Under the pieces are notes generated by a model. The model saw only the letters and a program-made list of their open reading frames with translations, was not told where the DNA came from and did not search any database. A DNA stretch of 64,000 nucleotides from Diplonema japonicum (lineage: Eukaryota; Protista; Euglenozoa: Diplonemea). A program made the translations under genes and the position numbers. Of the stretch, positions 10,669 through 22,877 are shown piece by piece. The DNA is taken from NCBI GenBank assembly GCA_964019335.1, contig OZ025754.1, positions 62,001 to 126,000 on the forward strand, read 5' to 3'. Within the stretch, counting starts at the first letter, position 1. Every line of letters starts with the position of its first letter.

Positions 10669-11188
10669 TTTTATTATTGCCTCGGTGTTGAGGCAGCTGA
10701 AATGTTACTGCAAGTGGGAAGCAGGCGAAGGGACTCAACCATGTTAACGAGAGGAGGGTCACCTCATCCGATGTCTTCCTGCAGACTTTACAGCTACGGG
10801 CACTGAAAATCATTCCCCCCCCCCCCCCCCCCCCGTTATGCTTACTGACTAACAATCTTACAATGTTAAGAGCTGTCCTTTCCCTCACGAAAAGCTTTCG
10901 CGGAAGTACCGGTTCGGGCTGCCGGTGAATCTGTGGTGAACCTCAAAAAAAAAACTCGCTGGAGTGGGGTTGGAACCCGCTTCGCCTAGGTGCAGGGCAA
11001 AGCCATGTCCGACATATGGATTTTTTTTTGAGGAAAAAAATCAAAAAAAATCAGCGAACCTTTGAGCATCTCGGATATTTTTTTCCCCTATAATCCCTTT
11101 AGGACATAGGCCGGGTCACTTAGCGAATATGGCGTTACAAAAAAGAAAAAGGGACACTACACTTTTTTTTTTTTTTTTTTTTTTTTTT

Positions 11189-11822
11189 TTAGTCGAGTCT
11201 TGCCCGCTTTCTGCCCCCTTGGTCAGGGTCGTAGTCGGCGTAGGGGTTGTCTTCTCCCTTCCAAACGTCTTTTTCGGCCTCCCTGTCGCGTGCTGCCTTT
11301 CTCCCGGCTGATTTCGCAGAGTGGGTATTGAAGGACGAGTAAGCCCAGTTCCCGTACACTCGTTGGCCTACAAGGGCGGCAGAGGGGGACGGGGTGCTTG
11401 CTGTTTCGCCTTGCAGGAGGTTTTCCATCGTTCTGGCGCCAAGCCCGCCTCGCTCGGGATCGTAGTCGGGTCGGTACTCGTCGCGAACCTGCCCACCGGA
11501 GGCACCCCGGCCCCAGTACCGGTTTTCTTTTCGCACGTTGCCCTATTTTTTTTTTTTTTTTTTTTTTTTTTTCCCGAGTATCTTACCAAGTCCCAGTCTA
11601 CCCGGATTTCCCGATCGCCCAGCTTTCTCCCGTTCAAATATTTTACAGCGTCGTTGGCCTCCCCGTGAGTTTTATACTCCACGAAGCAAAAACCACAAGG
11701 AGTCTTCCTTACCCTGTCAAGGCCCATTATGATATCTTGTATTTTCCCAGCTGACGAAAACAAATCGTGCATGTGTTGTTCCTCAATGGTGAAGGACAGG
11801 TTTCCCACGTATACTATATATA

Positions 11823-11853
<31 letters not shown>

Positions 11854-12005
11854 ATAAAAATAATAATAATACCGGTTTTCGACTCACTCAGGTCTTTTCG
11901 GTACTTTTCCTCGTATTGCTTTCTCTCTAGCTCCGGCATGCCCATCATAGGCTTTCTGTCGATGTATGCAGTCTCTGTGGACTGATCCTTGAAAAGATCT
12001 GCCAT
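11189..12005 (-). CDS. NCBP2: Nuclear cap-binding protein subunit 2 (CBP20); introns 11814-11872 and 11543-11586
   Basis: RRM with [35 protein letters not shown] and [26 protein letters not shown]. The spliced length is 714 nt, in frame. Confidence 0.93.
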
Positions 12006-12318
12006 TTTTTTTTTTTTTTTTTTCCTCCTGGAAAAACAAATATCGCTTGCACAACTAACAGACGCCCGAAACCTGCCCGCACACCGGGATATTATAACAG
12101 TTTAATCACCAAGAAAGACGTAGAGGCGTGTGCCCCTGGGACAAGTATACAAACGTCGAAAAAGAATTGTTATTTGCAAAAAAGAAAAAAAAAGAAAAAA
12201 GAAGTGCTAGGAGATGAGCAGAGAGTGGGGGGTTGAGAAACAAAAAAAAAAAAAGAAAATAATAATAAGACACGCCCCCTTCCTCTCCTTGGAATAATAA
12301 AAAAAAAATATATATATA

Positions 12319-14821
12319 CTGTAAAACGAATAATGTCGGACGGAAAAACTCCCGGACACCAAAAAAACTCGGACATTTTTCCGTCCGGGAGTTTTTCTGG
12401 GGAAAAGTCTTTTTTACGGAAGGGGGGTAGCAGCTCCTGCTTTTTTTCCCATACCACCATGTTTGCCTGGAAGGGCTTTGCAGACTCGTATGCAGAGCCA
12501 AAATGTTTACCCTGCGTGGCAGTTTGAATTTTTTTTCCCTCCCTTTCAATGCACCAACAAACAGCACCCACAGGATCTTAACTTCAATCTCATAAACCCG
12601 TACTTCTTTCGTCAAATGACCAGTTCGACTACCCAAGGCACGTTGAGCAACTGGCTTGTGAGGCACCCAACTTTGGTTGCTGACACTTCCGACCAGCTCA
12701 CCCCCCGAGAGGTGGAGGAGATAAACTCCTTACACCGGGCCAAGAAGGCCAGAACAAACCCCCGAAAGCAGCTCCAGCTCCCGAAGGATACTAAAGCCCT
12801 TATTGGGCGATACGCTGCTACCCACGGCGTCGCGGCGGCCAGGTCGTGGTACCGCACGAAAGAGGGGGTGGAACTAGCAACGTCCAGTATTTCCGACTGG
12901 AAAAAAAACTTTGGAGGCTCTGTTGGGCCTGTTGCTGCCCCCTTTACCGTCGGTCGCAAACCTCTTCTGGCCGAGGCAGAGACTGCCAAGGTTTTTGCTT
13001 GGGTCGATAGGCAAAACGAACTTGGCGAGCCTATCTCAGCGCAACAAATATGCACCTATGCAGAAGGGCTGCTGCGCGCTAATCCAGCCCGAAAGACAGA
13101 GCTGGTAGACTTTGGTGGGGCACTGTCCTTTTCCACCAGCTGGGCTGACAAGCTTTGCAGCAGGAAAGGCTACAAAAGCCGCAGGCCCACCACCGGAAAA
13201 CCTGGAAACGAGAAGGACAAAGAGAGGGCACGCTGTTTCGCCATGCAATTCAGGTCAATAATCGACACCCATAAAGTAAGGCCTGAATTGGTCTGGAATA
13301 TGGACCAAACCTCCCTGCAGCTGTTGCCGTTGGGGTTAAAAACCAAAACGAAAAGGGGTGCAAAGGTCGTAAAAGTCCGTGGCTTGGGGGACAAACGGGC
13401 CATAACCGGACAGCTGGCTGTCTCCCTGGCTGGGGATAAGTTGCATCCGCAACTTATATACAAAGGCAGAACGGAACCTGCAGCCGACAGGGTTTATCCA
13501 GGGTCCGTGCCCCGGGTCAAGCACCCGCCCGCCGAATGGAGCCTAACGGCATCGCCCAGTCATTGGGCTAATTATGATACACTCAGTATCTGGGTCAAAA
13601 AACTGTTTCTTCCTTTTTGCAGTAAAACCATCGATTCTCATGGTTTTGCCCCGAACGAGTCGATTCTGCTGCTTGTCGATGACTACAACTGTCATTCGAC
13701 CGATGAGTTTTTGGAGTTGTTCGAAGGCACAAACGTGCACATTGCTTTTGTCCCCCCTGGGCTCACCTACATGGTTCAACCGATGGATATTGGGTTGAAC
13801 GCAGCTGTAAAAGCATCTATTAAGAACAGTTATAAAAAGTGGGCCACACGAAGGCTCGACAAGCTGATTGCCTCAGGGGCGGCGGCTGAATCATGGGAGG
13901 TGCCCTCTACTAGCTCGATTAAAGGGCCTCACTTGAGGTATGCCACGAGGCTTTTTCTTTTCCTGTTTTTTTCCTAGGTGGGTCGAAACAGCCTGGGATG
14001 CTGTCTCCGGCCAGTCGATCAGGAACAGCTGGGCTTCCTGTTTTGGCCACTACCTGGAACCCGGATGGAGCCCAATTTGGGAGTTTTCGGTACTTGCTGC
14101 ATACGCCGGTGTTGCGTGTGTGCTGGCTGTTGGAAAAACATGGGAGGAAGAGTGGGAAGAGGACTGGGGCTGGGAGGAGGACTGGGAGGAAGAGTGGGAA
14201 GAGGACTGGGGCTGGGAGGAGGTCTGGGAAGAGGAGGAAGACGAGTACTCCCTATATGCCAGGCTTGCCCAGGACATGGAGCATGGACGTGTGGAAGTCA
14301 TCGACGTAGATGCATCTTCCGACACGACCACCGTGTCCGCCGCCTCGACGATAACCGAAGAAACCTTTTCCGTTTCTTCAGACTCGTCAGTGGAGATACT
14401 CCCCAGTCTCACCCAGCAACGGCTGGATGACGCTGCCGCCAGGAGGGCCGCCGAAGGCAACAGCTAAGCCCGCAGGCAAGAAGGCAGCGGCCAAACCCGG
14501 AGGCAAGGTAGCACAGTAGATAGCTCTACCCCCCCTTTTTTTTCTTTTCTTTTTGCCTTTTATCAACAGTTTTATCTTGACCCAGATACCCACACGGTAT
14601 CTTCTTCCAGGGATAATACGGACACGAAACACATGACCCAGATACCCAGTGGTTTGGTGGCGGTTTCTTCGCGCGGTTGCCGTTTGCAGCCCAGGCCAGT
14701 ATGTAGGTGGTAGTGGACCAGGCCCCCTGACGACCTTACAGGAAAAACTCCCGGACGGAAAAACTCCCGGACACCAAAAAAACTCGGACATTTTTCCGTC
14801 CGGGAGTTTTTCGTTTTACAG
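12319..14821 (+). mobile_element. Full-length pogo-superfamily DNA transposon (2.5 kb)
   Basis: TIR CTGTAAAACGAA...TTCGTTTTACAG with a TA target-site duplication and subterminal GGAAAAACTCCCGGAC motif arrays. It encodes a DDE_1 transposase. Confidence 0.93.
12616..14467 (+). CDS. pogo-type DD35D transposase (~603 aa; one intron 13938-13977; an upstream in-frame ATG is possible)
   Basis: CENPB-like HTH region (FSTSWADKLCSR), WNMDQT, LLVDDYNCH and VQPMDIGLN, with 35 residues between the 2nd and 3rd Asp. Removing the intron gives HLRWVETAWDAVSGQSIRNSW. Confidence 0.88.
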
Positions 14822-14932
14822 TATATAAAAAAAAAAAAAAAAAACTGGCAAGATTCTCTTTTTTTTTTTTTTTTTTTTCTTTTATAAGATACACCGTACA
14901 CTCTTCGTTTTTTTTTTTTTTTTTTTCTCTTT

Positions 14933-15034
14933 TCAACAACACAGACCACCCCCCTGTGAAGACCCCTCTGGTTTTTTGTTTGAAAGGTTGACACCAGTCT
15001 TTTTGCTGCTCTGTGGGGAGGAATTTTTTTATGT

Positions 15035-15065
<31 letters not shown>

Positions 15066-15599
15066 CGTAGCATGTGCCATCAGGGAATCGGTGTCGAAAA
15101 TTTTGTTCACAAGCTCCCTGAACGCTTGCGCGATACCTTCTTTTGTCTTAGCGCTCACTTCAATCCACATCATTGAGTGCTTGCGGGCGAATTCCTCTGC
15201 CCGTGATGCGGACACCTTCCGGCTTGCTTCTAGATCAGTTTTGTTTCCCACTAGCAGCTTCACCACATCCGGGAAAGACTTATAGTTGTCAATTTCCTCC
15301 ATCCATGAGTCTAATTTTTCGAAACTCTCTTCATCAGTTATATCGTAAACAAGAATCACCCCGTGAGCCCCTCTGTAATATGCTGAGGTAAGGGTTCTGA
15401 ACCGTTCTTGTCCTGCTGTATCCCATACCATCAGCTTCACGTTTTGCCCTTTCACGGTCATGTTTTTCACTCTGAAGTCAACTCCAATGGTCGGCCCGAG
15501 ATCATCCGTGTACTGACCTTCTGTAAACCTCAGGAGAATGCAGCTCTTTCCCACACCGCTGTTGCCCACCAGCTGGAGCTTGAACGAGATTTCAGACAT
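14933..15599 (-). CDS. RAB18: Rab18-like small GTPase; intron 15011-15065
   Basis: GNSGVGKS, PTIGVDF, WDTAGQERFRTLTSAYYRGAHG, GNKTD, EVSAK. The spliced last exon ends ...GGGLCC* (prenylation motif). Confidence 0.88.
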
Positions 15600-15652
15600 T
15601 TTTTTTCCCCCCCCCTTTCAAAAGATTTTTTTTTTGTTTGGGGAACTAAAAA

Positions 15653-15683
<31 letters not shown>

Positions 15684-16483
15684 CTATTTTGTGGATTAAA
15701 AAAAAAAGGGAAAAATAAGGGAAGAAAAAAAGAAGAACAAAAAAAAAAGGTAATAGGAGCGAGTAATGAATAAGTAAATGAATGGAAAAAAAAAAGGGGG
15801 GGAGAAAAAAAAAGAGAATCACGGAGCAACTAATGTGCGTGAGGGGAGATGGAAAAAAAAAGGGGGGAGAAAAAAATAAAAAAAAAAGGAATAACGAAGA
15901 GAAGAGAAATAAAAAAAGGGAGCACAGTGCTTCAAGAAGAGAGTGTACAAAAAAAAAAAAAAAAGGAGGGAGGGATGCCCTCAAGCCGCTAGGCAAAATT
16001 AAAGGCACTCCTTCCCACTTCCTACTAGTTCGTTTTTGCGATAAGCCTGGAATACAAACGGAAATCGGAAAATCAAAAAAAAATTGGCTCTGTGTCGAAG
16101 AACTGTGTCCTCCCCCCCCCAAAAAAAAGCAGGGAAAAAGAGAAATCTCGGGGGGGGGGGGGGGGGGGGGTGGTGGTGTTTCCTTTTTTTTACTTAACCA
16201 CCGAGACATATTTATTGCGATATCCAATCCAGAAAGAAAAAAGAAACCCCCCCCCACTACAAACCCGCAGCAGATTAATATAAGAAAAAAAGTTTTAATT
16301 AAAAAGCAATAGGGGGGGGGGGGGAGGAGAGTCTTTCTTTTTTTTTAAAAATTTCACATCCCCCCCCCCCTCCCCGGAACCCTCCACGTGACTTAATTTT
16401 CTTTTTTTTTTGATGGGGGGGAGAAAAAGGCGGACTCTCATGGTTACGTTGCAGAGCTAAAAAAAAAAAAAAAACATATATAC

Positions 16484-18031
16484 GGCATCGTTTCAAACCC
16501 CCCCCCCCCAAAAAATGAGGCCAATTGACACTTTCAATATTTCTCACTTTTTCCCAAAGGAAGGAAAACACCCCAGAAAATGGGAAAGTGAGTGTTACTG
16601 GTACCCAGAAAATTCAGTCCTAGGGGCAAAAATGGGTTTTTTCACTTTGCACAAATTCAGTAAAAGAGGGGGTGACAAAAATGGATGCTTTTAAACTTGC
16701 TGTTGAGAAGCTAGGGGTAAAAAAAAAAATGGTATTCGGACCGAGAAAGGGTAAATGGGAACACCACGGTGATCAGGACACTCGCCACAGAGGTTTTTGA
16801 GAAGCTCAGTGGCAACGACTGTGCTGCACTAGTTTGTGGCGTAGTGTGTAAAGGGGAACTTCTAGCGGCACTTCTGCTATCATTTTCTGGTTGATTTAGT
16901 AGCCAACAAGACACCACACGGCGCCAATTGGTCAGAGGCATGAGGCTTGACCACATCACACATGATGAAATAAGGGCAGCTGGCCTTACTGTTGGAAAAG
17001 TCTTGTTCCACAGTAGCATGGGCACAGAAAAAAATAAAGAAAAAAATGGAGTGGATACTCTGGACTGGCGGTGGGCGTCACTTTCGTGCAAAGGAATTTT
17101 GCTACTTTGTTCTTTTTGGTCTTCGTTATGTATATCCCGATCGGACGTTTTCCCTGTGGTTTCTGGGGGAGAAACACGGCAAAAACAGCAGGGACAGCCA
17201 CTTTGGTGTGCTCTCTCGTGTTTGGTTTTGGGTGCCTCGTTCCACAACAATTAAAACTGTGGAACAAATAGCTAACATCACCAATACGATACGGTGCGCC
17301 GTGCATGTAGTTACTGATGTCTTTGGCCCGTACAAAAAGAAAATTCTTGAGTTTCCGGATTTTACATATGAGCTCAGGAGCACACCGGAGGGTGTATTGC
17401 TACGTGCGCGTCCACGAGCTAGAAGGAACTAAAGTACATCATCAAAGAACTCGATGCAGACAGGGCAGAGAAAAGGCCCCCAGTCTATGAATCTTGTGAT
17501 GAGTATGAGGACGTTCCTGATAGCCTTCCCGGACTTGAAAAACGAGAAAGAATAGTAACCAAATTACAAAAATACTCGACTCGACTCCCCATGACAAGCC
17601 CAAGCACAAAGTACACCTACGAATGAGCCTCTTAAAACCCCCCCAAAATGCGGTAGAAGGCCTAATAGTATGAAAAAGAAACGAGGTCGCCCACTCAGCA
17701 GCAGCACATCTCAGCCGCAGAAGACTAGGAAATGAAGGTTTCCACTTCCAACATCATTTCAGCCACCTTCTAGCAGTGAGTTCCGCTATTTCTTGCTATT
17801 GAAAGCATACTCTCTGACTTTACCAAAACCACTAAAACCCGATTTTGACCCTAAGACTGAATTTTTCATAGGTCAAAATAGCACCCTTGAGCGATTTCTG
17901 ACCCGGGTTCTTTCCTAATATGGGCCGGGAAATATGGAGAATTTTTTTTAAAGGGGGCGGCATGCCCAAAGATGCAACGAATGTGTCAATTGGCCTCATT
18001 TTTTTGGGGGGGGGGGGTTTTGAATCGACCC
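16484..18031 (+). mobile_element. Degenerate TIR DNA transposon, Sola-like (tentative)
   Basis: Inverted termini TTCAAA(C)n(A)nTGAGGCCAATTGACAC plus a subterminal inverted match (AAAATTCAGTCYTAGGG), with ATAT-rich flanks. Internal fragments ILWTGGGRHFR...FLGEKHGKNSRDSHFG resemble the WxDG...HGKxxxD transposase core. Confidence 0.6.
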
Positions 18032-18449
18032 ATATATATATGAGTTAAAGGAGGCCGGTGTTGGCGGCGCCCTGCTGACCTCAAAAAAAAGAAAAAAGAA
18101 AATAGAGTGTGTGCGTTTGTGTGTGTGTGTGTTGTGGGGTAGGGGGAGGGATCACATAGTAGTGGTAAAATGGGGGTTTTTTTTTTTCTTTCTTTTCACC
18201 AGTGCAGAGTACTGGAGCCACCTAACCCACGGGCCACACCCCTTTTTTTTTTGACCAAAAAAAATCGATTTCCGCCCGATACTATCCTCGTTTTCCAGAA
18301 AAAAAACTTAGGACGTCGCTGCCGTCTGAACGGAAAGTTTGTTCTGCAAAGGTTTCAGGTACCAAACCGTGTTCACTGCTTTTTTTTTTTTTCCTTCAAA
18401 AATACAAATATAAGCATTGAGCAAGTGCTCAGAAGTGCACTTATGCGGC

Positions 18450-18493
<44 letters not shown>

Positions 18494-19261
18494 ATTTCTT
18501 TGGCCATCTTAGAGGGTATTGGGTGGTTTTTTTTTTTTTTTCTTACCTTAAAAAAAGCTTTCCCTTTCCGTTTCCTTATTTTTCAAAATAAAGCTTGGAA
18601 ACGCGTTTCCTTGCCAACATAGGGGGGGGGGGGGGGGGGGAAGAGAGTCCTTCCTTCCTTTCTTTTTCTTCTTCTTTTTTTTTTAAAAACAAGGAAACTG
18701 GCTGTCAGTCATAAGGACAAGTTCGCCGTAGTCCTGCAAAAAAAAAAAAAAGAAAAAAATTATGACACACACCCCATATTTCTTTTTTTTGTGGGGAGGG
18801 AGATGGCATCTTGCTTGGTAAAGAAAAATAAAGAAAAAAAAACCCCCCCCCATTTCCCTTTTTTTTTTTTTTTTTTTTTGCAAAGTATTGTAGTGACGAA
18901 AGTAAATAGGGGAAACAAATAAAAGAAAATTGACGTTTAATGGGGGAAAAAAAAAAGGGAGGGAGGGGGTGTTAGTAATAAAAATAACTTTGACCACATT
19001 TTCTTTTTTTTTTTCTCCCCCTTCACCCACGACTATTTTACACATGGCAGGAAAAAAAAAAAAAGAATTAAAAACCATGGCCAAATTATCGGTCAAAGGA
19101 CAGCTCTTAGGAATAAAAAAAAAATCGGTTTAACTTGAAAACATGCAGTGACGCCTGGAGGCATAATTGGAACCAGGTTAAAAAAAAAAGAGCTCTCTCT
19201 GCCACAACCAGAGGCACAGTCCGTCGGTGCTTCTGGAAGAAAAAAAAAAATATATATATAT

Positions 19262-19585
19262 ATATATGAGTTAAAGGAGGCCGGTGTTGGCGGCGCCCTG
19301 CACAAGAACTGTCTACTTGATTACAGGGGGCGCACCGCGGCCGAGTTGTAGCTTCTTCTGCGTTCCGCGTCGTGTCCTTAATGCGTGCGGTGTACAGCTC
19401 AACCCCAGCCGGTGCGTCCCGTAACCAAGATTCTGCACTCGTGCAGTTTGCTGCCTGTTCGTCACCCTGAGCATCTGCATTATGTTCTTCCACTCGGGCG
19501 CTACCGGTGATGACCGACGAGGAGGTCAACAGCGAACAACACATCTGATGTTTTTCTTATATTTTTCATGTTATCCCCACCACCT
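19262..19585. repeat. Dispersed ~320-bp repeat, copy A (copy B at ~21570-21880; fragments at 18035-18075 and inverted at 48351-48380)
   Basis: High identity by eye between 19262-19585 and 21570-21880. The copies differ by frame-shifting indels. Confidence 0.8.
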
Positions 19586-19898
19586 TTAAAAAAAAAAAAA
19601 AAAAAAAGCTGCAAAGGTTTCTGTCCCTATATATAATGGTCAATTATCAACAATATGGCATTATCCCTTCTTAACCGACGTTTCCTTAAAAGAAAAAAAA
19701 AAGAAAAAAAGAGGGTTCATAGACGCCCGTACCCTGAAGCTGTTCGGAGTTGTGCGAAGTAAATATTTTGCTGTTTTGAGATTCATAGCGAAAATGTGGC
19801 TTTATAAGGCTCGTACTGTTGTATAGAAAAATTATAAAAAAAAAAAAAAATAGTATATTTATCGTCAATTCTTTTTTTTTTTTTTTTTTTTTTTTTTT

Positions 19899-20722
19899 TG
19901 TTACAAATATTTATCTTTCAAAAAATGATTTTATAACTATTTGCAACTTGTGCCGAGCAAAAAACTTTCGCAGCTTTTTAAAAAATCTTTTTTGCTCGTG
20001 CGAACAACAAAGACATATAGTCATAAAGAATTATTATTTTTTTTTTTTTGTCAAAGATCAGGTTTAGCCGTCACCTTGGCACAGACTTCCTGAAATGACT
20101 CGCTTAAGGGAAGGTGGCCCCTTTAGGGGGAAAAATTCACTATGATAGGAACGAAGTGGTTAGCAACGGCCCGCCGCGGCGAAAAAAAAAAAGAGGAACT
20201 GGCCGTTGTTTGTACGTGCCGGGTAAAACCTGGAGAAGTTTGTCAACCCGAAACACGTTGCCAACGTTCCCCTTTTGTTTAGACAAGTCAAAGACTCGTT
20301 CTTGCAAAAAAAAAAAAAAAAAAAAAAAAAAAGAGACATTTAAGGGTACCTGCGGTATGTGGCAGGACGCCTAAAAAAAAAAAAAAAGTGAATTTAACTT
20401 ATATGGCTAATGGTAAGTAATTTATTATAATCGTCAACTTTTTTTTTTTTTCTTCATTTGTTTTTTTTAAAGAATTTTTTTTCGAAAAGGGGGTGTAAAA
20501 AAAAAATTCACTATGATAGGAACGAAGTGGTTAGCAACGGCCCGCGCAAAAAAAAAAAAAGAAAAAAAATAAATTATTTATGACTATATGTTTTTCTTCT
20601 TCGCACGAGCAACAAAAAGGTTTAAAAAGCTGCGATAAAAATCTTCTTTGCTCGGCACAAGTTGCATGTAGTTATAAAATCATTTTTTTTTCCCCCTCTT
20701 TTAAGATAAAAAATGTGTAACA
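19899..20722. mobile_element. Foldback/MITE-like element with ~140-bp inverted arms
   Basis: 19899-20040 (..TGCAACTTGTGCCGAGCAAA..TGCTCGTGCGAA..CATATAGTCATAAA) is the reverse complement of 20571-20722. There is an internal 43-bp direct repeat at 20131 and 20503. Confidence 0.7.
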
Positions 20723-21569
20723 AAAAAAAAAAAAAAAAAAAAAACTACTTTTCCACCTCCAAAAAAAATTCTTTTTTATAAAATATAAAAAAAAAAAAAA
20801 AAAAAAAAAAAGAATAAGCATTATTTGCATTATTTCACGCGGTCAACGAGAGAGGTAAACCCACCCACCCACAAGTGAAATAATGCACTTTATTTTTTTT
20901 TTTTCATTTAATATTTTGTTTTATTTAATAAGAGCCGGGTTTGAAAGGGGGGCACAGGTTACAAGAAAAACTGAGAGTGAAAAATAACCCCCCCCTCCCC
21001 TTTAAAACCCGGCTCGAGTTAAATAAAAATATAGAAAAAGAGCAACACCTCATATCTCTACGAAACGGTTTTTTACTTTATTTTCGTCTCAGCCAGTCCC
21101 CCCTCCCCCCCCCCCCCCCCCCCCTCCCCTCATTTGTGCATTCTCCGGGTAGAACGTTCGAAGGCCTCGAGAATTCATCCAGATTGCGCCGTTCACAGGG
21201 AAACAGTGCCAGCCAAACCTACAGTGTGATGACAATTGTTTTTTTTTTTTTTTCTTTTTTTTTTTCTTTTTTTTTTTTTTTTCTCTGGAAATCTTGGGAA
21301 GATGACTAGAAGAGTTTTATGATATGGGGTCGAAAAGAAAAAAAAAAAAAAAAAAAAAAGAAAAAGAAATTCAAATTAACATGCAAGCTCTCGGGAGTGT
21401 GATCAGTACTAGATATCTCTCAGTTTCGGACATATCTCGCGACTCCTCCAGGTGCTGTCCTCTTCAGGTGAGAGGCACCCTTCAAATGGCTCCTACTAGC
21501 GTCCCAGCAGGTTGGAGAGTACTTTTCCCGACCACCGACAAAAAAAAAAAAAAAAAAAAAAAAACTTGA

Positions 21570-21879
21570 TGATTTAAAGGAAGCCGGTGGGGGCACCCTG
21601 CACAAGCACCATTTACTTGATTACAGGGGGCGCACCTCGGCCTAGCTGTAGCTTCTTCTGCGTTCCGCGTCGTGTCCTTAATGCGTGCGGTGTGCAGCTC
21701 AACCCCAACCGGGGCGCCCCGGGTAACCAAGATTCTGAGCCCGTGTAGTTTGCTGCCTGTTCGCCACCCAGAGCATCTGCTTCTTCCACTTGGGCGCTAC
21801 CGGTGATGACCGACGAGGAGGTCAACAGTGAACAACACATCTGATGTACTTCTTTATATTTCCATGTTATCCCCACCAC

Positions 21880-21880
<1 letters not shown>
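21570..21880. repeat. Dispersed ~320-bp repeat, copy B
   Basis: Homologous to 19262-19585. Confidence 0.8.
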
Positions 21881-21914
<34 letters not shown>

Positions 21915-22832
21915 AGAAGAATGACTGTTGCTTCATAAACCGCCTGGCGTACGAGCAACTTCTTAACCCCGCTAGCGGATGTTGCTACCCTTTTGTGCTG
22001 AAGGATGCATGGCTGTGGGAAGGGTGGACTGCGTTCTGGTAGGTTGTTGTGCCCTGTAGTCAGGCACGAAGGGGTCGGACCACTCTTTTCTCTGTGCAGT
22101 AGGTACTACGTGCCTTTCTAGAATTTCGCACGTTCTGCTGGATGCGAATTTCGGCCTTTTGGTGTACCCCTTCAATCGCTTGGGTGCACCTATCGATCGT
22201 AATGCCACGGATTCTGTTATTTCCCTGGGCATGAATGGCTTTCCTGGAGAAGCTGGTCTCGTTTTGCCACCACTTTCAGCAAGTAGTACTGCGTGTCTTT
22301 CTCAGCCGGTGTTGTGACCACGCGGGAGCGTTCCATGTAGCTGCATGCAGATTGGCATTTCTATCTTGTTGGCCACTACTTCTGCATGTACTTCCTTCTG
22401 TTGCACCTCCTTCACACTGCATTCCCATAGTGCGTGTCGCAGCATGTGACCTTGTCGAAAAAAAAAAAAAAAAAAAAAAAAGAAAAGAAAAAAAAAAAAC
22501 AGAATATTGCGACTTTACCCATCATCATGTCCACCTTGCAAAAGGAGGAATATATTTATGTGGTATGAAGCCGTTAAAGGCATAAAAAAAAGGGTGGTAT
22601 AAAAACTCTTTTTTTTGATTTTTTTTTTTTTTTTACACGCCTTCGTCTCTCTTTTTTTTTTTTTTTTTTTTTTTTTGATTTTCCCCGGGTCCGGGAATGC
22701 CTCAGCAAGTCTTTTGGTGCTGGTTTGTTCGTTTGTTGTAAGAATATTTCAATATAAATACAAAAAAAAAAGAGAAAAGAAAAAAATATAAAGTCCAAGT
22801 GCGCAGTGAGTGCCTCAAAAAATGACGAAAGG

Positions 22833-22877
<45 letters not shown>

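Noticed and set aside
19507-19548. Box C/D-like TGATGA...CTGA in both copies of the 320-bp repeat
   Set aside because: It spans only ~42 nt, lies antisense to the cluster, and has no recognisable rRNA guide or terminal stem.
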